Assembly: GCA_964588985.1 (NCBI GenBank)
Contig: CAZPQW010000016.1
Span: 15,452 to 79,451, forward strand
DNA: 64,000 nucleotides
Source of the DNA: an uncultured Solirubrobacteraceae bacterium
GTDB lineage: Bacteria; Actinomycetota; Thermoleophilia; Solirubrobacterales; Solirubrobacteraceae
Direction of reading: 5' to 3'
Below, piece after piece: positions 58,501 to 64,000 of this stretch. How positions within the stretch are numbered: the first letter of the stretch is position 1; each line of letters starts with the position of its first letter. A program made the position numbers and the translations under genes. Under the pieces are notes generated by a model that was not told the DNA's origin, did no database searches, and saw only the letters and a list, made by a program, of their open reading frames with translations.

Positions 58501-60670
58501 ATTTCACGACGTGCCCCATCGGGTCCGTGATACTTTCGACCTCTTTTTCGCCGTTATACGCAAACGTCAGTTTCCGGCCAGCAGCATCGCTGATCGATTC
58601 GACCAGCCCTTCCCCGCTCCATTTCACGGTCGTGGCATTACCATTGCGATCCGTGCGCGCCGTCAACTGACCGGCTTCGTTGAACGTCAGCTTGCTCTGA
58701 CTGGGCAGTGTATACACATAGCTGCTGCCTTCTTTGACGAGCGTCGCCTTCGTTCGTAGGTCGATCGCCTTGAATTTGCCTTCAATGATGAGAAAACGCG
58801 CCGACGAGCCGTTGTCTTCATACACCGCGACACTCGGCCAGCCACACGTAACGCCGCCGCCTCCGCCTTCGGCTCCCTGCACAGGAAAACAAGGCGTCGA
58901 GCCTTCAAGATGAGCACTCGCCGGACCCGTCCACCCATACCCAAACGGACCACCACTAGCACCCTGCAGCGACGCACGACGCGAGTTATACGTACGCGTG
59001 ACCGCAAGCCCAGGCCCACGACCACCAACCGAGAGATCGGTCTGACTCTCAACCTGATTACCAGTCGCGCAATTCACCGGCTTACCCAACAAACACGGTT
59101 CGTCAAGCAGTTTCGCGGGATTACGCAAACCATAGGATTCGCTTTCCCATTCTTCTTCTTCCTGCGACGTCGGAAGGACCGTAAGCAAAATCGATTCAAC
59201 CGAGATACTCCCACCATCAGTAGCCGTAGCACCTTCTTCGCTACCAGCCGGCACACCCGTCAAACCAAAACCAATCGAAACCCAGGAAAGGCTTTTACAC
59301 GCCAGTTCTTCCGCCGGGTTCGCCCAATGAAACGCCAAGCTCGAAGGTATCGCACCCGTTTCACTTTCAGTCCCCCGATTACAAGCCGACAACTCCCACC
59401 AAGTCCCCGACCCCGTGGCCGGCGATTCACTCCTCGTACCAGAAATACCAAGAAATTCCACCGTTTCCGGTTTCATGTGCGCCGGCACAGGCATTTTCAA
59501 ATACCCTTCAATCCCACCATTCACAAAGACTTTCGGTGCGACTTCAAGCGGAAATTTCGTAGCCGGCGCAGAAACAAAATACGCACCATGAGACCATGTG
59601 ATGAATTCCGCGAATATCGCGTTGAATTCCGTACCAAACGTCAAACCACCAAGCGGCAAAACCACAGTCGGATCAACAAGCACCGGATACGCCACATCCA
59701 TCTGACGATGCGCGACCGTCAACAACAGTTCATCCCCGACCACCAGCATCGAGACCGGCACCACAGACCCCTGAGCATCCCGCGCACTCGGCGGATTGAT
59801 ACCCGCGATCAACACACCATCACGAACAACCTCCGCACCACCATCCGCAGTCATCTCAAGGCTCGCGCCCGCCGGCAAGCTCACCCGATAACGCACCTCT
59901 TCCGGGCTCAAACGCGAACGCAACACCGCAAAGAACTCAGCCCCATGAACCGACGGAGCAACAGACCCATCCATATCCGTGCCGACCTCCGGGAAGAACA
60001 CACTCTGACCGCCCACAACCCGGCCACGCACATCGGCACCCTCAAGCGACACCCGCAACCCAGCACCACCAACGGCCACCCCGGCCGAGGAATCCCTCGC
60101 GATCGCCACACCCGTGACCGGAGCTACCGGCACGAACCCCGCGCCGCCCGCCTGCAGGCGAAGATCAACCGGACGCTTCCCGCCCCGACCATCAACACGC
60201 AACAGCGTAGTAGACCTCTCGATCTTCAAACCCCGAGAACCCCGCACGACAGCTTCGCTATCGCTCAAATACCGCACGACTCGACCCGACTTCGCGACCG
60301 ACACCGCCGGATTCACGCTCGCCCCCGCCAGCACCGAACCAAAATCACGCCGCAACAACCCCTCCGCACCAGCCGCCCCCAAACCATGAAACGCCATCAA
60401 CGAAGCCCGCCGCTGCGCCCGCATCCCAGGACCCGCCAACAACCGACGACGACGAGCAGCCCGCGCGTCCATCACCCGCAGCCGCGCCGCAGACACCCGA
60501 GACACACCCAGACCACCAGCCACAGCACCACCACCCCCCGCCCGACCAGACGCAGTACCAGCCACCACGAACACCAGAACCGCCGCGCACACCACCGCCG
60601 AAACAGCCACCCAGCGACCACGCGACCCACCCAGCGCCCGACGCCTCAGCCAATACCCTCTGGACAGCAC
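55565..60670 (-). CDS. Secreted RHS/YD-repeat polymorphic toxin
   Basis: Signal-like N-terminus, PVNCATGN...RTYNS...FGYGW (DUF6531-like), many YD repeats, RHS core ARVYDP...PINHADPTG, variable C-terminus. Confidence 0.95.
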   Translation of the reverse strand: MLSRGYWLRRRALGGSRGRWVAVSAVVCAAVLVFVVAGTASGRAGGGGAVAGGLGVSRVSAARLRVMDARAARRRRLLAGPGMRAQRRASLMAFHGLGAAGAEGLLRRDFGSVLAGASVNPAVSVAKSGRVVRYLSDSEAVVRGSRGLKIERSTTLLRVDGRGGKRPVDLRLQAGGAGFVPVAPVTGVAIARDSSAGVAVGGAGLRVSLEGADVRGRVVGGQSVFFPEVGTDMDGSVAPSVHGAEFFAVLRSRLSPEEVRYRVSLPAGASLEMTADGGAEVVRDGVLIAGINPPSARDAQGSVVPVSMLVVGDELLLTVAHRQMDVAYPVLVDPTVVLPLGGLTFGTEFNAIFAEFITWSHGAYFVSAPATKFPLEVAPKVFVNGGIEGYLKMPVPAHMKPETVEFLGISGTRSESPATGSGTWWELSACNRGTESETGAIPSSLAFHWANPAEELACKSLSWVSIGFGLTGVPAGSEEGATATDGGSISVESILLTVLPTSQEEEEWESESYGLRNPAKLLDEPCLLGKPVNCATGNQVESQTDLSVGGRGPGLAVTRTYNSRRASLQGASGGPFGYGWTGPASAHLEGSTPCFPVQGAEGGGGGVTCGWPSVAVYEDNGSSARFLIIEGKFKAIDLRTKATLVKEGSSYVYTLPSQSKLTFNEAGQLTARTDRNGNATTVKWSGEGLVESISDAAGRKLTFAYNGEKEVESITDPMGHVVKYGYESKNLASVTEPGESSPRWRFKYNAGHEMTEMIDGRGNVVSTEYNAAHRVVKQKDALGRVRKWSYGKEAGNPETTITEPNGSTTVEKFNVVYQPTSVTHASGTGSEVTTTMKYGEGENLVSVTDPNSHITKYTYNTAGDRISEKDANGNETKWTYNTTHDVLTHTTPDGETTTTKRDTHGNPEVIERPAPGATTQATKSKYAANGDLESVEDPLKHVTKFEYDSKGDKSGETDPEGDKRTWAYNEDSQETSTVSPRGNVEGGEPSKYTTTFELDAQGRAIKITDPLGHITKYAYDANGNLETLTDPNTNKTKYTYDADNELTITEEPKGNTTETGYDSEGQITSQTDGDKHVTKYVRNLLEQVTEVIDAKERKTKKEYDPAGNLKTVTDPAARTTTYTYDPANRPKEVTYSDGKTPAVKYEYNGDDKLTHMTDGTGETTYKYDELDRLTEAQNEHSEKVSYEYDLANEPTKITYPSSKAVTREYDKTGRLSKTTDWLGNATKFSYDPDSDQATTTFPSGTSNEDKYTYDEADRVSEIKMMKGAETLASLAYTRDNNGQVKEATSKGLPGEEKPANEYDTDSRLTKGAGTSYQYGGGNNPIKIGTGSYTYDKADEIETGPSLKYEYNSSGQRTKTTPTPGPATTYGYDQAGNLISVERPAEGETTAIKDTYAYDGNSMRASQTISGITTYFVWDASAPLPLLLTGGLNSYVYGPNGLPIEQISSGGTVLYLHHDQQGSTRLMTKTTGAKEASFTYDAYGNQTGHTGTAMAPLGYDAQLTSTDTGLIYMRARVYDPKTVQFLSVDPLAAITHERYNYAGDNPINHADPTGLGFFEEVGEGIAGWGDTITFGGTKWVREQLGNDNVNTCSSAYQAGGYTGLATAVLIPGEGEAEIGADGARIAESATEHIFRDAAGHLAEDTPENRALIEGVVKSVNYVRTGGGGETLYRETLPNGTQVWAKVFEGAITNGGVNNVPLP

Positions 60671-60856
60671 ACGGCCTCCCTGTAGATAGATACTCGTAAT
60701 AGATGTTGTTGCAGCGGCGCTGCGAGCGCAGTCCAGCGTCTGGATGAGCGCGCTGTTATGAGCAAAGCCAGCAGTGAGATACTGGCGCGGGGCTCAGATT
60801 CCGGTGGTCATGATTTTGAGGCTAAGTGGATTCACGGACGGAACGACAGAAGCGGC

Positions 60857-61063
60857 TCACGACTCGACCAAACGCAGCCGGCTCGACGATGTGATCTCAG
60901 GGAGCTCATCCGCCATCGGTCGATATCCGAGACGCGATCGGATGTAGTCCGACACGCTCAACTCTTCATAGCCTGCCAAGACCGCGACCTCCGCAAGCTC
61001 GAACGGCTGGAGCCGGACGACAGCCACCTCAGCTGCCGCGATCTTCTTGCTGCTGCTGTTCAT
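60857..61063 (-). CDS. Small hypothetical protein (RHH-like)
   Basis: VVRLQP.E...A....LSVSDYIR; ATGA overlap with the upstream gene. Confidence 0.6.
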   Translation of the reverse strand: MNSSSKKIAAAEVAVVRLQPFELAEVAVLAGYEELSVSDYIRSRLGYRPMADELPEITSSSRLRLVES

Positions 61064-61293
61064 ATGTGGATCAGGCCGATAGCGTCGAGTCGTTCGAGTG
61101 CTGGCGTAGGGAAGATGAGGTCTCGATCTACGCGCACCACGCCTACCTCTACAAGGCTCGTCACGGCGGCGCCCGCGCGATCCCTGCTCACCTCACGAAT
61201 GGAGTCGCAGAGATCCTCAAGGACCACGCCGTCGGCTTTGTCCAGCAGCTCTAGGACAACGGCTTCTTGGGCCTTTGTATCCTCCTCAGGCAT
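61060..61293 (-). CDS. Small hypothetical protein (wHTH-like)
   Basis: AVTSLVEVGVV...PTPALERLD. Confidence 0.6.
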   Translation of the reverse strand: MPEEDTKAQEAVVLELLDKADGVVLEDLCDSIREVSRDRAGAAVTSLVEVGVVRVDRDLIFPTPALERLDAIGLIHI

Positions 61294-61424
61294 AGCGATG
61301 AAGCCTCTTTCATCGGTGTGTAAGGAGGGCTGGGCGCGATCAACGCTCAGCCCTCCGCTAGCTTTGCGAGTAGCAGCCTACAGAAACTTTGCCGTCCTGT
61401 GAAGTCCCAGAGTCCAAACTCCCG

Positions 61425-61676
61425 ATGAATCCCGAACTACCCAGCGCCCCCGACTACGCCCAACTCGGCCAAGCGCTGCGCTCCCTACGCAACCGAGCGG
61501 GCCTCACGCAGGTCCAAGCCGCCGACAAAATCGGCGTCCGAGATAACTTCCTCTCCCAGATCGAGAACGGCAAGCGCGGGATGCGATGGCACACGCTCTT
61601 GGCGATCCTCAACACCTACGACGCAGACCTACGCCATCTCGCTGATGCGATAGACGAGGCAAGCGCTCAACCCTAG
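61425..61676 (+). CDS. XRE family HTH regulator
   Basis: LRNRAGLTQVQAA...LSQIENGKR. Confidence 0.9.
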   Translation: MNPELPSAPDYAQLGQALRSLRNRAGLTQVQAADKIGVRDNFLSQIENGKRGMRWHTLLAILNTYDADLRHLADAIDEASAQP

Positions 61677-61707
61677 TCCGCTGGTCGAGGGTTGGTAGGG
61701 TTGCCGG

Positions 61708-61959
61708 ATGAACCCCGACCTACCAGAGGCGCACCTCTACATCGCGCTCGGCAAGGCCCTTCGGTCACTCCGCGACCGATCCGGGCTAACACAGGTCGAA
61801 GCCGGCAAGCGCGCCAACATACGCGCAACGTTCATCTCGCAAATCGAGAACGGCTCACGAGGAATGCGCTTCCACACCCTCATCGCCCTCCTCGACAGCT
61901 ACAACGCCGACCTGGCCGACCTCGCAACCGGATACAAAAAAGCCACCGGCGAACTGTAG
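61708..61959 (+). CDS. XRE family HTH regulator (paralog of the upstream gene)
   Basis: LRDRSGLTQVEAG...ISQIENGSR. Confidence 0.9.
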   Translation: MNPDLPEAHLYIALGKALRSLRDRSGLTQVEAGKRANIRATFISQIENGSRGMRFHTLIALLDSYNADLADLATGYKKATGEL

Positions 61960-61968
61960 GAGCCTGGC

Positions 61969-62559
61969 CTATCCGGGCGTGCTGCACGCGAAAGCTGCCC
62001 GGCAGACATCCCCCAGAGTCTCAACGGTCTCGGCTACCTCGCCATCGAGATATGACCACCGCTGACCGCCCGCGGGCTCGCGCGCGTACAGCGCGAGCAG
62101 AAGACCTGGGACCGTGAATGGCGCGTTGACCTGCAGGACTGGCGGTGAACCATCCAGCGGATAGCCCATTGCTCCGTCCAGCAATGCTGACCAAGAATCC
62201 TCACGGCTCACGTCTGAGACCACGACGGCCACACAGGCATCTGGTCCGCCATAGCCCGCGAACTTGCGGGCGAGCCCCTCGCGGATATCGGCGGCAACAC
62301 TGTGCCGTGCATCCGAGCCTGAGTAGAAAGCCACGGCGACAGCTTCCAGTGGGGCGCTGATCACACCGGGGAACGGGGCGCTGACCGCCGCAGCCGGCCA
62401 GCGCATCGAAGGATTGAGAGTCGCACTTGAGCCGAACAGGATCATCGCCGCAATCTGGTTTGCCTCAGCCGACATCTGGTAGACGCGCCCGCCTCGATCG
62501 GCCAGACCGCGCAGCCGCTCCACCGACGTTAGCTCGATGAGCGCCGCCAGCGAACTCAA
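61969..62559 (-). CDS. Hypothetical protein, possibly frameshifted at the 5' end
   Basis: 196-aa ORF; a better GGAG+GTG start lies at 62599, one base out of frame. Confidence 0.5.
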   Translation of the reverse strand: MSSLAALIELTSVERLRGLADRGGRVYQMSAEANQIAAMILFGSSATLNPSMRWPAAAVSAPFPGVISAPLEAVAVAFYSGSDARHSVAADIREGLARKFAGYGGPDACVAVVVSDVSREDSWSALLDGAMGYPLDGSPPVLQVNAPFTVPGLLLALYAREPAGGQRWSYLDGEVAETVETLGDVCRAAFACSTPG

Positions 62560-62933
62560 ATCGCCGGGGAAAAGCCGAGCCTGCGAATCCGATGCTCACC
62601 GTCAGAGCTCCAGCTTGGAGCCCACTGCTTCGGTGCGTCGGGATGACGCAGGGCGTATTCGACCATCCAAGGGCGCGCTCTGGCAGTTAGATCATGGAGG
62701 CTCTTGACCTCGACTAGGACGTGGCGCCCGCGAACACCGAACGCGGCTCCCGAGAGTCAAAAGTCGGCTACACCTCCACTGGGCAGACGGGCGTCCTCCG
62801 GCTCGAGGATAGGTGCCTCGCCCGTGATCGCAGCGATTAGAGAGGCGACGGTCTCCTCAGCCTCGGCGCCCGGGTCCACCACCGCAGGTTATACAAGCCC
62901 ACACAGATCCGAAGCCAAAAGCAGCTACCGGAC

Positions 62934-63320
62934 GTGCCGAGTTTGCGGTCGCGACCCCGGCGGGTTTTGTCAAGTCGACGCCATTGGTACGGCGATAGAG
63001 TCGCGTGCGTGGAGGGGAATGGCACGAATGGCACGGGATCGCACGCGGCGTGGCTTGCGGAGGGTGCGGCACTGGCGCGCGAGCTGAGGACCCAGGAGGA
63101 CGAGGTGCTCGGTGTGCTCGCCATCGACCCTGTGCGTGCCGGTGATGCGCTGGTTGCTTTGTTCGAGGCAACCGCTGACCGGATCGCGAATCCACTGCCG
63201 ACGGCTGAGGCTCTGCCGCCGGAGGAAGCCGCGCGGCACCGAGAGGAAGAAGCAGCCGCCGCCACTCGCTTTTGGGAGCGCTGCAATGAACTCGCCGCGA
63301 TGATCAGCTCGCGCACCTGA
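62934..63320 (+). CDS. Hypothetical protein
   Basis: Helical acidic ORF; start uncertain. Confidence 0.4.
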   Translation: MPSLRSRPRRVLSSRRHWYGDRVACVEGNGTNGTGSHAAWLAEGAALARELRTQEDEVLGVLAIDPVRAGDALVALFEATADRIANPLPTAEALPPEEAARHREEEAAAATRFWERCNELAAMISSRT

Positions 63321-63378
63321 TGTGAGCATGTAGGAGCGAGAGGTGCATGACCCGCTTATGGCTCTCTTCGGTTGAGCG

Positions 63379-63789
63379 ATGACCAGTAAGGTCCGCACAG
63401 GCTCACTGCGGGAGCGAGAAACCAGCACGTCGCGCCCAGTGCAGTTGGAGCAAGCGAGCCCGACAATCGCGTCGTCCCCTCACCTGCTAGAGCTGGTCGC
63501 GCAGCGAGTGCGGATCATCGGTGAGCCATCCCGGATACGCCTGTTGCTCTTGATCGAGCAGCGCCGCGCAAGCGGCCAAGAACTCTGCGACGAGCTCCTC
63601 TTGTCCCATCAGAGCGTTTCAAGACATCTCAGCGTCATGCACGGCCAGGGCATCCTCACCCGCGAGCGTGAGGGGAGCCGCGCCTACTACGCGATCTCCG
63701 AGTACACCGCCCTGCGGATCATCCATCTCGCGACCGCCAGCACAGCCAGCTATATCGAAGAGCTAGCCGAACTCGCTCAACTCGCCTGA
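63379..63789 (+). CDS. ArsR/SmtB family regulator
   Basis: IGEPSRIRLL, SVSRHL..M...GIL..EREG..AYY. Confidence 0.85.
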   Translation: MTSKVRTGSLRERETSTSRPVQLEQASPTIASSPHLLELVAQRVRIIGEPSRIRLLLLIEQRRASGQELCDELLLSHQSVSRHLSVMHGQGILTREREGSRAYYAISEYTALRIIHLATASTASYIEELAELAQLA

Positions 63790-63920
63790 GCGTTCCAAGC
63801 GCCGGATTGACTCAAGGCGGCTCGCGACGAGCATCAGCGGCAAGCCCGAGCGCTGCGATCCGCTTTCGCTGCAGCGCTCTACGGCCGCCAGCACAGCAGA
63901 ACTGCCACACAGACTAGATG

Positions 63921-63953
63921 CATGGCTGTGCCATGACTGTGCGAGCGCTGTGC
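63921..63953 (+). repeat. Three tandem 11-bp units ending CTGTGC
   Basis: CATGGCTGTGC CATGACTGTGC GAGCGCTGTGC. Confidence 0.7.
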
Positions 63954-64000
63954 AATTCGTTGGATGCTTCTATGTTGTCAAGGGCGTTTTTGCGAAGTGT

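Noticed and set aside
58910-60685. 591-aa plus-strand ORF rich in R/T/H/P
   Set aside because: Antisense shadow of the G/T-skewed RHS 5' region; low complexity, no motifs.

Overview
High-GC actinobacterial chromosome segment. The gene content and the Cys-containing secreted protein families suggest Thermoleophilia/Solirubrobacterales (inference). It has three zones. (1) An RpoD-family sigma factor and tRNA-Tyr, followed by a lower-GC islet with an atypical class III nucleotide cyclase, a DUF2971-like gene, a 3-TM Pycsar-effector-like gene and a cytosine deaminase; an AAA_14/DUF4143 ATPase and a second cyclase come next. (2) About 39 kb of backbone genes: MarR/MMPL/ABC and TetR/MFS efflux units, tRNA-Thr, an OLD-type nuclease, thiolase, greA, GH76 and sugar kinases, EAL, GGDEF-HD-GYP and PAS-GGDEF c-di-GMP enzymes, secreted beta-rich proteins, a candidate structured sRNA, and a SipW-like peptidase with a TasA-like substrate. 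(3) Apparently tandem islands at a tRNA-Arg(ACG) 3' fragment (53659-53702). The left, decayed island has an HTH-PIN pair, gene remnants and an unusual three-gene cassette (4TM + unknown domain + glycine/sarcosine-type methyltransferase; FecR-like protein; 2TM protein). The right element has a tyrosine integrase, an RHS toxin with an immunity gene and tandem XRE regulators, and runs off the window. No CRISPR array or rRNA was seen. All family calls come from motif recognition by eye; no searches were run.
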